Source of the DNA: Opitutales bacterium
Lineage (GTDB): Bacteria > Verrucomicrobiota > Verrucomicrobiia > Opitutales > UBA2987
Direction: 5' to 3'
Assembly (NCBI GenBank): GCA_965226885.1
Contig: CBDDEL010000014.1
Location: forward strand, 352,001-416,000
DNA: 64,000 bases
Shown here in pieces: positions 47,468 to 60,015 of this stretch. The position numbers and the translations under genes were made by a program. The first letter of the stretch is position 1. Each line of letters opens with the position of its first letter. The notes under the pieces are model-generated. The model had not been told where the DNA came from. It made no database searches and saw only the letters and a program-made list of their open reading frames with translations.

Positions 47468-48800
47468 TGAAATGGACGGGGAAAACTGGACAGTGGAATA
47501 AGGTGGTCTTGAACCACTAAATCCGCTAACCTATGAATGTTATTAAATCACGAAAGAGAAGACAATACAGTGCTGAGTTTAAAGCCCGAGTGGCCCTGGA
47601 AGCCATCAGGGGCGCTCATACCATCAACGAGATCGCCGGTCGTTTTGAGGTGCATCCCAACCAGGTGACCCAATGGAAGAAGCAGCTTTTGCAGGGAGCA
47701 ACGGAGCTGTTTTCGCGCCAGCGGCAGACTCTCAGCAAGGACAACGAGACGGAAAAAGATCACCTTTACCAGGAGATTGGAAAGCTGAAAGTAGAATGCG
47801 ATTGGCTAAAAAAAAAGTCTGAACAATTCGGTTGGTGAGAGGCGCAAGATGGTGCAACCACTTCAAGGAAAAATCAGTATCGGCAGGCAATGTCAGTTGC
47901 TGGGGCTGGCCCGCGGCAGCTATTACTATCGGGCCCGTGCCCAGTGCGAGCAGAACGTTCTCTACATGCATCGCATGGATGAGCTCTACACCCAATATCC
48001 GTTTTTTGGTTCTCGCCGGATGACCCAGTGGCTGCGTCGAGAGGGCCATGCAGTGGGACGAGGCCGCATCCAGCGGCTCATGCGCCAAATGGGCCTGGAG
48101 GCTATTTATCCGCGTCGAAACTTGAGCCAGGGGCACCGGCAGCACCGCATTTTCCCTTATCTGCTGCGGGGTTTGGCGGTCGAGCGGCCCGACCAGGTAT
48201 GGTGCAGCGACATCACTTACCTGCGGCTGAGCCGAGGATTCCTTTTCTTGACCGTGGTGTTGGACTGGTTCAGCCGCTACGTGTTGAGCTGGCAGCTTTC
48301 CAACACCCTGGAGAGCCGCTTCTGTGTGCTCGCCCTGGAGGAAGCTCTGAGGCGGGCCCAACCTCAAATCTTCAACACCGATCAAGGCAGCCAGTTTACC
48401 GGCAGCGAGTTCACCTCGGTGCTGGGGCAAGCCGGGGTGCGCATCAGCATGGACGGGCGTGGCCGCTACCTGGACAACATATTTGTTGAACGCTTTTGGA
48501 GAACCCTCAAGTATGAAGACATTTACCTGCGCGAATACGCCACGGCAAAGGAAGCCAGCGAAGGGATAGCCCGCTACCTGGACTTCTACAACCACCTGCG
48601 CCCCCACCAAGCCCTGGGCTACCGGACCCCGGCCGAAGTCCATGCAATCGGAGCAAAACCAACCTCCCCGCCAATACAGCTTGCGGGCACCTGCGTGCCC
48701 GTCTTTGGCTAAGGACAAAATATATTTTTAAAAAATAATATGAACACGATTTCCACCTTAATCCCACGTCAAAATTGTCCAAACAACCCCGTCCACTTCA
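47468..48800 (+). mobile_element. IS3 type B copy 2
   Basis: Same as 14672-16004; TSD TTT. Confidence 0.95.
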
Positions 48801-49072
48801 TTTACCGTACCTTCGGGGTAGCCCCAAAGACGGTCATCGAATGGATTAAAAAAAAGTCCTGAGTTTGCCGAAGCTGGAGTCCGCTCTGCTTGCCCGCCAG
48901 TGTAGTGATGTGCTGGAACTGGACGAGGTGTGGTCATTCTGGGGCGATAAGCGTTCGGGGCAGGTATGGCTATGGGTAGCCTTGTGTCGACGTACCCGAC
49001 AGGTCGTCGGGTTTCTCTGGGTGATCGTAGCGATCAAACGTGCTGGCAGTTGTATCACAACATTGCCCAGCC

Positions 49073-50400
49073 TGATGTGCACTGGAAAAAGTGGACACGA
49101 GATTCTCCTAAATGGAGAATCGAAGCATGGGAAGAAGACGCTTCAGTATAGAGTTCAAAAATGAGGCAGTTCAACTGATGATACTCGATGGTCTGAGCGC
49201 CACCGAGGTATCGACCAAACTTGGGGTCAACACCAACCAATTGTATAGGTGGAAGAGGCTCTATCTGGACGATCAGCAGGGCGAAGCCACCTCAAAGCGA
49301 CAGAGCAGTCCGAAGGAGATGGCGGCCGAGATAGATCGTCTTCGCAAAGAGCTGCGCCGCTCGGAGCGGATCAACCAGATACTAAAAAAAACGGTGGGCT
49401 ACTTTGCCAAGGACGAACAATGAAGTACCAGTTTGTCAAAGACAACGAGGGGCGCTTCAAGATCGAGGAAATATGCTCGGCGATGGGGATTTGTCGCAGT
49501 GGCTATTACTGCTGGAGGCCCCGAGCGCCCTCGGCCCGGCGGATCGAGGACGAGGGAATCAAGGGGGCGATCCTGAAGGTACACAAAGAGGCCAAGGGCC
49601 GCTATGGGCATCGGCCAATGCACCGCCATCTGAAGGATGATGAGGGCATCGATTGCGGCCGTGACCGGGCTCTGCGTCTGATGCGTGAAATGGGAATCAA
49701 AAGCACCCAGAGTAAACGCTTTAAGCCATTAAAAACCAACAGTAACCATCCCTATGGTTACAGCCCCAATGTGCTTAAAAAGCATGGCCAGCCGACCCAT
49801 ATCGACGAGGTCTGGGTGGCGGACACGACCTACCTACGGACCCTGGCCGGTTGGATGTACTTGGCCACGGTGATGGACCTGTTCAGCCGACGCCTGCTGG
49901 GCTGGAGCGTTTCCAACCACAACGACGCGAAGCTGGTTGGCAAGGCCCTCAAAGCCGCGGCCATGACCCGCGGCACACTGCGCACCGGGATTATTCATCA
50001 CAGCGATCGGGGCAGCCCCTACGGCAGCGACGACTATCAGAGGCTGGTCTCTGAACTAGGCATGAAGCCGAGCATGAGCGCCCAAGGCAACTGCTACGAC
50101 AACGCGGCCATGGAATCGTTCTACGGCCGCTTCAAGACCAGCACGATTCGAGGCCGCCACTTTGCCGACGAGCGCGAACTGCGATCAACTGTCTTCGAAT
50201 ACGTGGAAATCTTCTACAACCGATATCGCAAACATTCCTCTCTGAGTTACCAAAGCCCAGTCCAATTCGAGGAAAATATTTGCCCCCCATGGGGGGCAAC
50301 GAGAAAACAAAACCCTTTACCAAAACAAGCCGCCTGACACACTAATCAATAAACAATGAATATAAGAGAATCCCGTGTCCAACAAATCCAGTACACGTCA
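49073..50400 (+). mobile_element. IS3 type A copy 2
   Basis: Same as 1958-3285; TSD GCC. Confidence 0.95.
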
Positions 50401-51276
50401 GCCCTATCGCGACTGTGCCACCGTAAGCGATTACTGGGAAAGCTACGACAAGGTTTTCCCTCACAACAGCGCCAGCGGGAAACAATCCGGCCAAACCGCC
50501 CATATCGAACGCTGGAACAATACCTTGCGACAGTCCCTGTCACGCTATGTGCGTAAAACGCTGTCATTCTCGAAGTCTTTGGTCATGCATTTTCGCGTCC
50601 TGTGCTTGTTCATCTGGGAATACAACAGCAATATCAAACATTCGTCATGTTAACACTACCCCGGTTTTTTTAACCACGGATTGGAGGATGTCGCTTTGAT
50701 CGGTACACGGATGAGCACAGATATTTTTTAAAATTGGAGGATTCAAGAAAGATCAACTTGGCTTCTTTTGATGACCTACAGCTATGACAAAGCTCCCATG
50801 TTATCATTGGATTCATTTGTCCTGGACAAGGCATGGAAGTTCACCCATTGGAGTTTGCTTCTCTAAAAAATTGACAAGCTCGCTCATTTTTTTTGTTTCA
50901 GGTAAATCGTAGTATTTGGGATTACAGTAATGATAGGTACGATACCAAGCTTCTATTAATCCGGCAATTGAATAGTAACAGTTAAGCGCGTATTGAACAT
51001 CCCGATGATGGAAGAGTTTTTTAATCAAAATTGGTTTTCGTTGCCTGCTGCGCAGGTGGGTTCGCAGACTTCCCTGCAACTCAATTTGGCTGCGCGGGGC
51101 CGGCAGGTTCTTCAAGTTGGCTTTGACCGTGTTATTCAAATACTCATCGGGGTTCAATTCGGGACTGTAAGATGGTAGATAAAAAATCTCGATCCTATCG
51201 CGGTGGGCTTCAATCCAACCGGTTACTTTTTTAGCATGATGCACTCTCAGATTGTCCACAATGAGAAAGATTTTCC

Positions 51277-52078
51277 GGTAGTGTATAAAAAAAGAATGTT
51301 ATTTTGTATTTTTAGCTGTACAAATAGCGTTAGGCAGTTTATTCTTAGTGCATGGTTACTAAAATTATTAATTGTCGGCACTGTGGAAGTGAAAATATCA
51401 TTAAATTTGGCAAGACGCCCAACCATAAACAGCGCTACCGCTGCCATGATTGTGGTAAACAAAGCCGCGAAAACCCCACAGTGAAATACACCGAAGAGCA
51501 AAAAGAAATGATCCTTCGAGTCTATCAGGAACGCAGCAGTCTACGCGGTTTACAGCGCGCCTTCGGGGTGAGTCCCAACACCGTTTTGAGTTGGTTAAAA
51601 AAAACGACAATCGCTGCGACCGCTCAAAAGCACGATTCTTGCGGCCCGCCGCCATGATGTCATTGAACTGGACGAACTGTGGTCTTTTGTGGGGCGCAAG
51701 AGCGATGCCCAATGGGTTTGGATCGCTCTTTGCCGACGCACCCGTCAAATCCTCTCCTATGCCATTGGGCCTCGGGATTGGTATCGTTGCCGGGAACTTT
51801 ACGAGCGTCTGCCACGGGCCTACAAAAGATGTGCCACCTACAGCGACTTTTGGAGCACTTATGATGAAGTCTTTCCTCATAACCGATCCGTGGGAAAAGA
51901 AGCCGGTGAAACGGCCCATGTGGAACGATGGAACAATACCCTGCGCCAACGACTGGGTCGTTTCACACGCAAAACCCTCTCCTTTTCCAAGCTTAAGAGT
52001 ATGCATGAAACCTGTCTGAGACTTTTCATTCATCAATATAATCAAGAATTAGCCACCATTCCTACTTAATACACTACC
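51277..52078 (+). mobile_element. IS1 type A copy inside IS630
   Basis: TSD GATTTTCC. Confidence 0.95.
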
Positions 52079-52787
52079 GATTTTCCGTTTGGCTCCTTTG
52101 ATTAACTGGCGCAGAAATTTGATAAACAGTTCCACATTCAAGGCTCCCTTGTAAACCATGAAACGCAGCTTTCCACGGTTGGTTATAGTCGAGATCATGC
52201 TCGTGCTAAAACGACGCGCACTGCGTTTGGCAACTGGCGTTTTACCGCGCGGAGCATAACCTCTTCCCCGATGATCTTCGCTACTGATGCCGGTTTCATC
52301 TCCCCAGTGGATTTGGGCCTGTTGCGCTTTGGCTCTGGCTTCGATGGCCGGGTAAGTTTGATCAAGCCACTTCTTAATCGCCTCAGGCTGCTGCTCATAG
52401 GCTTGTCTTCGAGGTTTTTGTGGAGTGAAACCCCAACGGCGAAGATACTCGCCCACCGTGCGGATCGGCATCTTCAAAGCAAACTGCCTTTCAATCAACT
52501 CTTGCACCGCTTGGCGCGTCCACAGGGCAAAGGGCATCTTAAGCTGGTCGGGTCTCTTATCGGTAATCATTCGGCACACCATGCGCTCTTGTTGGGAGCT
52601 CAATCTTCGACATTGGCCCTGCCGACGGCCCCGTTGTCCAAGCCGCAGGGCTTTTGGCCCTCCATTTCGGTAAAGGGCCCACCATTTGCGCACAGCGCTG
52701 ATCGATACCTTTAAAACCACGGAAACCTCTTCATAAGTGCAACCCTCTCTTTTCAGATCCACCGCCCGACACCTCAGCTCATATATA

Positions 52788-54604
52788 GAGGCTGTCCCAA
52801 AAGGGTGATTTTTGCGAGGGCTTTTGATAGGCGCTCATTCTAGAGTTATCTGCATTTGGGAGAGTATCAACTTTGCTCTCCTATGACGTTAGGATACTGG
52901 TTTTGGGGTCCGGTTGCCTGGTTTTCTTTGTATGAGCCGACAGTACGGCTGTGAAAAAGTATTGTCCTTGCTTTTCCGCTCTCTAGGCCGCCGCTTTGGT
53001 TTTTAGTTCGTCTTGCTGGGCCAGCATCTTGGCTACTTTCCATAGGTTGTGCGAGAGTACCGACCAGGCTACGCTGATCGAGCGGTTGGCAAAGCCTTTG
53101 CTGCGCAACCGCCCGGCCTGCCAGCGATTCTTCAATACCCCGATCCGCCCTTCGGTGCTGGCCCGGCGCTTTTGCAATTGTCTGAACAGTGGTTCCTCCA
53201 TCCGTTTTTTCAACTGCTTCGGATCGCGTGGACAGAGCGCGTCGTAGATTCCCTCCTGGGCTAACTGCCGGCGGGCCCGCTGGGAGGCAAATCCCCGGTC
53301 CGCGCACATGGCCGCTATGGGTTCTTCCAGGTTGAAGCGGTTCTGTCTTTGCAAACTCTCTTGCATTTGTTCATTTTCGCTTGGAGTTCGGCTGCCGTAG
53401 AGTTTCCAGTCCAGCAGGTACCCTTCAACGCTTTCTCCCAAAAACAGGGTGTTGCCGAACTCGACCTCTTGGCCCGCTTTACCTCGCACAATCACCTGCC
53501 CATCGAGTTCGTAAACACTCAAGACTTTCTCTGCGTTTTTCACCTGGCGGCGGCCAATGATCCGCTCGTGCGCCTGTTTGATGACCACCGGGATTTGCTC
53601 GCTCATGCGCTCCATCCGGGCGAGGATCTGTTGGACCTGTTTTTCGCTGTAATCGCTTTGCTCCCAGCAGGCTTGCAATAATTCCCGGTGACTGCGGGCA
53701 TGCTCCCCGATCCGTTTGAGCAGCTTTTTCATCTGCCTCAAGATACCCTTGCGCTGCCGCGCGCTGTCCTTTCGCCGCCGGCTGTGGGTCATCTGTATGC
53801 ACAGCCGATTCATCTGCCGAGCCAAGGGCTCCGGTTCGATCGGCATGCGATGGCGCAAACCGGCCTTCTCGCGGATCAGCCGGATCGCTTTGAGCAACGT
53901 GCCGGCTACATCCTTGAGTAATACCCAGTCCGTCGGCCAATGAATGTTAGCCTCCAAACAGGTGCCGTCGATCAGGCAAATGGAGGTGTCAATCGGCTTG
54001 TCCAATCCCACCTGCCGGGCCAGAAGGGCATCGCCCACCACCTCAGTCAAGGTCCGGTGCAAGGCCCTCAACTGCTCTTCGCTGAAAAACTTCGAGGCCC
54101 GCTCCAGGGTGCTTTTGGAGATGCCCCTGATGCCATCGATCTGCCGGACACGGCAAAAGTCGGCCAACAGATCGCTGCTGCCCAGAGCCCGCGACAAATG
54201 CCGAAACGAAATCCCTCCGAGCAGACGGCCCAGCGTATCCATGCGCAGTGCCTTGATGGCAAAACTGGCCCGCTGCCGCCGGGCCTTTAGACCCATTGGC
54301 GGCCACCCCTCCAAGGCCAGCTCAATGGCCTGCGATCCCACCTCCGAGTCGATCAGCAGCCGATCGATTCGATCAATGGTGGCGCGGAAGTTATCGTAAT
54401 CGAGGCACCGGTCGACCACAGTTAAAGCTGGACGCAGGAGGCATTGGATGGCTATATTTTTCATAGAAAGGGCTATATTGATTTTCGCTAACTCAATTAT
54501 AGAACCCTTTTTTGGCCGGATCGAGCAAAAACTTGCTCTTTCCGGCTCTTTTTATCAACGTCATCCAGTTGACTATAAAATCTTTATATTTTTGGGACAG
54601 CCTC
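52788..54604 (-). mobile_element. IS5-like DDE element (transposase 52983-54464, 493 aa); family tentative
   Basis: TIR GAGGCTGTCCCAAAA; inserted in a TATATA site (exact TSD length ambiguous); IDGTCLEANIHWPTD, IVRGKAGQEVEFG, ADRGF, RASTEGRIG. Confidence 0.85.
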
Positions 54605-54971
54605 TATATAGTCTCTTCGCTTAGTGAACGCGCATCATTCCTATTCATGAACCTACTTTAGCATAAGTTATTGATATGTCACTATTTATTTGCCGGATTA
54701 ATAACTTATACTCAACGACATAACATATTCCATCAACAACTCGTTTATCCAATTTGAGTTTATTTTCATCTGGCAAATCAAATATACCATTCTTCTTTAA
54801 ACTGGACCAAAACTCTTTTGGTTGCAATGAAGGCTCGAATTCATATCCCATTCCCGGACAGCGTGACAGGTGTTTAAAAGTAAATCCTTGCTTCCCGTTA
54901 TTGATGACAATTCCGTCGAGAGGATGCCCGCCTATTACACCCATTGATAAACCAAACCCACTCCAAATTCT

Positions 54972-55773
54972 GGTAGTGTATTAAGTAGGAATGGTGGCTA
55001 ATTCTTGATTATATTCATGAATGAAAAGTCTCAGACAGGTTTCATGCATACTCTTAAGCTTGGAAAAGGAGAGGGTTTTGCGTGTGAAACGACCCAGTCG
55101 TTGGCGCAGGGTATTGTTCCATCGTTCCACATGGGCCGTTTCACCGGTTTCTTTTCCCACGGATCGGTTATGAGGAAAGACTTCATCATAAGTGCTCCAA
55201 AAGTCGCTGTAGGTGGCACATCTTTTGTAGGCCCGTGGCAGACGCTCGTAAAGTTCCCGGCAACGATACCAATCCCGAGGCCCAATGGCATAGGAGAGGA
55301 TTTGACGGGTGCGTCGGCAAAGAGCGATCCAAACCCATTGGGCATCGCTCTTGCGCCCCACAAAAGACCACAGTTCGTCCAGTTCAATGACATCATGGCG
55401 GCGGGCCGCAAGAATCGTGCTTTTGAGCGGTCGCAGCGATTGTCGTTTTTTTTAACCAACTCAAAACGGTGTTGGGACTCACCCCGAAGGCGCGCTGTAA
55501 ACCGCGTAGACTGCTGCGTTCCTGATAGACTCGAAGGATCATTTCTTTTTGCTCTTCGGTGTATTTCACTGTGGGGTTTTCGCGGCTTTGTTTACCACAA
55601 TCATGGCAGCGGTAGCGCTGTTTATGGTTGGGCGTCTTGCCAAATTTAATGATATTTTCACTTCCACAGTGCCGACAATTAATAATTTTAGTAACCATGC
55701 ACTAAGAATAAACTGCCTAACGCTATTTGTACAGCTAAAAATACAAAATAACATTCTTTTTTTATACACTACC
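54972..55773 (-). mobile_element. IS1 type A copy
   Basis: TSD CAAATTCT. Confidence 0.95.
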
Positions 55774-56032
55774 CAAATTCTTATCTCGGATTCAAGGGTA
55801 TTCAACTCCTTTACTTTCAATGGAATAAGGCCTGAGAGAACCGTCTTTCGGTCAATGGATTCAAAAAAAATAGAATGCCAGGACACAGAAGTAACAGGAT
55901 CAGGAAGTAAGGGTTTTGCCAGAGATATCGTTTGAATTATGAGAAAAAATGTGATGGTAATTACTTTCATAGCAATGTTTCGTAATAACTCTGCTCTCTA
56001 CTTGTAAACGCGTGGAAATTCTGATTTATTAG

Positions 56033-57599
56033 CCCGGATATTTCGTAAAAAAAGTATCGTTGATATGCTTAACTGCTGATATACAGCAGGATAGATCAAT
56101 AATTAAAGCAATATCAGCGATGACAAAAGGTAAACAATTAAAGCTACAGTTGACAAGGGTAAAAGGCCGCCGTGTGCGGGTTGATTTCAAGGGCGGAGAG
56201 GTTACTTCGGATGCCGGACTGCTTTTGATCCGGGAAGTGGATCGGCAGTTGGGCTTGACCGAACGAGCGGCCCGACAGTTAGTGGACAAACGGCAGAAGG
56301 GCAAAGTACGCCATGAGGTATTGGGGATGCTGCGGCAGCGCGTTTACGGGCTGGTGGCGGGCTATGAGGATTTGAACGACTTTGATACCCTGCGCCACGA
56401 TCCATTGTTGCAAACGGTAACGGGGCGCATTGAAACGTTGGCCAGCGCGCCGACTTTGTGTCGTTTTGAAAACGGGCAGGATCGGCGGGCGGCCTTTGCG
56501 GTAAACGAGCTGTTGGTCGAACAGTTCATGGGCTCCTTTGCCGAGGAACCCGAAGAGATCATCCTGGACTTTGACGGCACCGACAATCCGGTGCACGGGC
56601 TCCAGGAGGGACGTTTTTTCCACGGTTATTATGATCATTACTGTTTTCTGCCGCTATATGTTTTTTGCGGTGATCAGCTGCTGGTGGCCTACCTGCGGCC
56701 GAGCAAGATCGATGCCAGCAAGCATGCCGGGGCCATCCTCAAATTGCTGGTTAAACGGATTCGCCAAAGCTGGCCCCGTACGCGGATTATTTGGCGCGCC
56801 GACAGTGGATTTTGTCGAGACCGGATACTCTCTTGGTGCGACCGCAACGAAGTTAGTTACATCGTGGGGATGGCTCGCAATGCACGCTTGCAGCAAGACG
56901 CCCAGCAGTTGCAAAAGCAGGCCAAAGAATGGTTCGAACTAAGGGGTGAAAAACAACGGTTATTCCAGGACTTCGTCTATGCTGCCGATTCGTGGCGATG
57001 GCTGCGGTTGGTCATCCATAAAGCCGAACACACCGCACAGGGGTCCAACCCGCGCTTCGTGGTGACGAACCTGCCGGGCGATCCCCAGGAGCTTTACGAC
57101 AAGGTATACTGTGGCCGCGGTGAAATGGAGAACCGAATCAAGGAACAGATGCAATTGTTCAGCGAGCGCACCAGCGCCCATCAATGGTGGGCCAATCAGT
57201 GGCGATTGCTCTTGTCGGCGCTGGCCTACACCTTGATGGAAGCCATGCGCCGGTTAGCCTTAAAAGGGACGAAGTGGGCGCGGGCCCAATGCCACACCCT
57301 GCGGCTCAAATTAATCAAGATCGGAGCGGTCATCGTGCGCAACACCCGAACGATTCACTTTCACCTAAGTGAGAGTTATCCTTGGGCCAGTCTTTTCAAC
57401 CATGCGGCCCGCCGATTGGTGCCAACCTAAAGGGTGCATTGGTGCTGCCCCCGGCACTACCGAACCAATGGGGGAAAGGGGGCAGTGTCTCTACACCCTG
57501 AAAAACACCTAAAAATCAAGACGATCTGCTCAAAATACAAAGAAATCCATCTCCAATAGCAATAACGAGCCAAACTTTACCCTTCATGAAATATCCGGG
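56033..57599 (+). mobile_element. IS1380-family element (transposase 56060-57430)
   Basis: TIRs; flanks TTAG/CTAA do not match. Confidence 0.95.
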
Positions 57600-57659
57600 C
57601 TAAGGTAGTAATACCTGGCCCTTCCATTGCGGGTAGCGGTGGAATTGAGGATGAAATCA

Positions 57660-58461
57660 GGTAGTGTATTAAGTAGGAATGGTGGCTAATTCTTGATTAT
57701 ATTGATGAATGAAAAGTCTCAGACAGGTTTCATGCATACTCTTAAGCTTGGAAAAGGAGAGGGTTTTGCGTGTGAAACGACCCAGTCGTTGGCGCAGGGT
57801 ATTGTTCCATCGTTCCACATGGGCCGTTTCACCGGTTTCTTTTCCCACGGATCGGTTATGAGGAAAGACTTCATCATAAGTGCTCCAAAAGTCGCTGTAG
57901 GTGGCACATCTTTTGTAGGCCCGTGGCAGACGCTCGTAAAGTTCCCGGCAACGATACCAATCCCGAGGCCCAATGGCATAGGAGAGGATTTGACGGGTGC
58001 GTCGGCAAAGAGCGATCCAAACCCATTGGGCATCGCTCTTGCGCCCCACAAAAGACCACAGTTCGTCCAGTTCAATGACATCATGGCGGCGGGCCGCAAG
58101 AATCGTGCTTTTGAGCGGTCGCAGCGATTGTCGTTTCTTTTAACCAACTCAAAACGGTGTTGGGACTCACCCCGAAGGCGCGCTGTAAACCGCGTAGACT
58201 GCTGCGTTCCTGATAGACTCGAAGGATCATTTCTTTTTGCTCTTCGGTGTATTTCACTGTGGGGTTTTCGCGGCTTTGTTTACCACAATCATGGCAGCGG
58301 TAGCGCTGTTTATGGTTGGGCGTCTTGCCAAATTTAATGATATTTTCACTTCCACAGTGCCGACAATTAATAATTTTAGTAACCATGCACTAAGAATAAA
58401 CTGCCTAACGCTATTTGTACAGCTAAAAATACAAAATAACATTCTTTTTTTATACACTACC
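57660..58461 (-). mobile_element. IS1 type A copy, slippery site mutated, no TSD
   Basis: Abuts the truncated IS1380 end. Confidence 0.93.
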
Positions 58462-60011
58462 GGGTAAAGTTTGGCTCGTTATTGCTATTGGAGATGGATT
58501 TCTTTGTATTTTGAGCAGATCGTCTTGATTTTTAGGTGTTTTTCAGGGTGTAGAGACACTGCCCCCTTTCCCCCATTGGTTCGGTAGTGCCGGGGGCAGC
58601 ACCAATGCACCCTTTAGGTTGGCACCAATCGGCGGGCCGCATGGTTGAAAAGACTGGCCCAAGGATAACTCTCACTTAGGTGAAAGTGAATCGTTCGGGT
58701 GTTGCGCACGATGACCGCTCCGATCTTGATTAATTTGAGCCGCAGGGTGTGGCATTGGGCCCGCGCCCACTTCGTCCCTTTTAAGGCTAACCGGCGCATG
58801 GCTTCCATCAAGGTGTAGGCCAGCGCCGACAAGAGCAATCGCCACTGATTGGCCCACCATTGATGGGCGCTGGTGCGCTCGCTGAACAATTGCATCTGTT
58901 CCTTGATTCGGTTCTCCATTTCACCGCGGCCACAGTATACCTTGTCGTAAAGCTCCTGGGGATCGCCCGGCAGGTTCGTCACCACGAAGCGCGGGTTGGA
59001 CCCCTGTGCGGTGTGTTCGGCTTTATGGATGACCAACCGCAGCCATCGCCACGAATCGGCAGCATAGACGAAGTCCTGGAATAACCGTTGTTTTTTACCC
59101 CTTAGTTCGAACCATTCTTTGGCCTGCTTTTGCAACTGCTGGGCGTCTTGCTGCAAGCGTGCATTGCGAGCCATCCCCACGATGTAACTAACTTCGTTGC
59201 GGTCGCACCAAGAGAGTATCCGGTCTCGACAAAATCCACTGTCGGCGCGCCAAATAATCCGCGTACGGGGCCAGCTTTGGCGAATCCGTTTAACCAGCAA
59301 TTTGAGGATGGCCCCGGCATGCTTGCTGGCATCGATCTTGCTCGGCCGCAGGTAGGCCACCAGCAGCTGATCACCGCAAAAAACATATAGCGGCAGAAAA
59401 CAGTAATGATCATAATAACCGTGGAAAAAACGTCCCTCCTGGAGCCCGTGCACCGGATTGTCGGTGGCGTCAAAGTCCAGGATGATCTCTTCGGGTTCCT
59501 CGGCAAAGGAGCCCATGAACTGTTCGACCAACAGCTCGTTTACCGCAAAGGCCGCCCGCCGATCCTGCCCGTTTTCAAAACGACACAAAGTCGGCGCGCT
59601 GGCCAACGTTTCAATGCGCCCCGTTACCGTTTGCAACAATGGATCGTGGCGCAGGGTATCAAAGTCGTTCAAATCCTCATAGCCCGCCACCAGCCCGTAA
59701 ACGCGCTGCCGCAGCATCCCCAATACCTCATGGCGTACTTTGCCCTTCTGCCGTTTGTCCACTAACTGTCGGGCCGCTCGTTCGGTCAAGCCCAACTGCC
59801 GATCCACTTCCCGGATCAAAAGCAGTCCGGCATCCGAAGTAACCTCTCCGCCCTTGAAATCAACCCGCACACGGCGGCCTTTTACCCTTGTCAACTGTAG
59901 CTTTAATTGTTTACCTTTTGTCATCGCTGATATTGCTTTAATTATTGATCTATCCTGCTGTATATCAGCAGTTAAGCATATCAACGATACTTTTTTTACG
60001 AAATATCCGGG
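58462..60011 (-). mobile_element. IS1380 element missing its terminal 17 bp (transposase 58614-59984)
   Basis: Starts at GGGTAAAG directly after IS1. Confidence 0.93.
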
Positions 60012-60015
60012 CTAG

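Larger units (their letters stand above)
47199..50660 (+). mobile_element. IS1-family type B element carrying two nested IS3 elements
   Basis: GGTAGTGTTAACA TIRs; insA from 47263 (CPQC...CKGC); insB fragments at about 48865 and 50401-50653. Confidence 0.9.
50956..54701 (-). mobile_element. IS630 copy 2, interrupted by IS1-A and an IS5-like element
   Basis: TIRs with TA duplication; fragments match 8649-9771. Confidence 0.93.
50813..55970 (-). pseudogene. Small putative exported protein (about 199 aa reconstructed), split by IS1 and a nested IS630
   Basis: Segments 55970-55774, 54963-54702 and 50953-50813 join in frame (600 nt); signal-like N-terminus MKVITITFFLIIQTISLA. Confidence 0.78.

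Noticed and set aside
56033..60011. Composite transposon with cargo
   Set aside because: Only a 60-bp scrap and an IS1 lie between the IS1380 copies, and the outer flanks do not match
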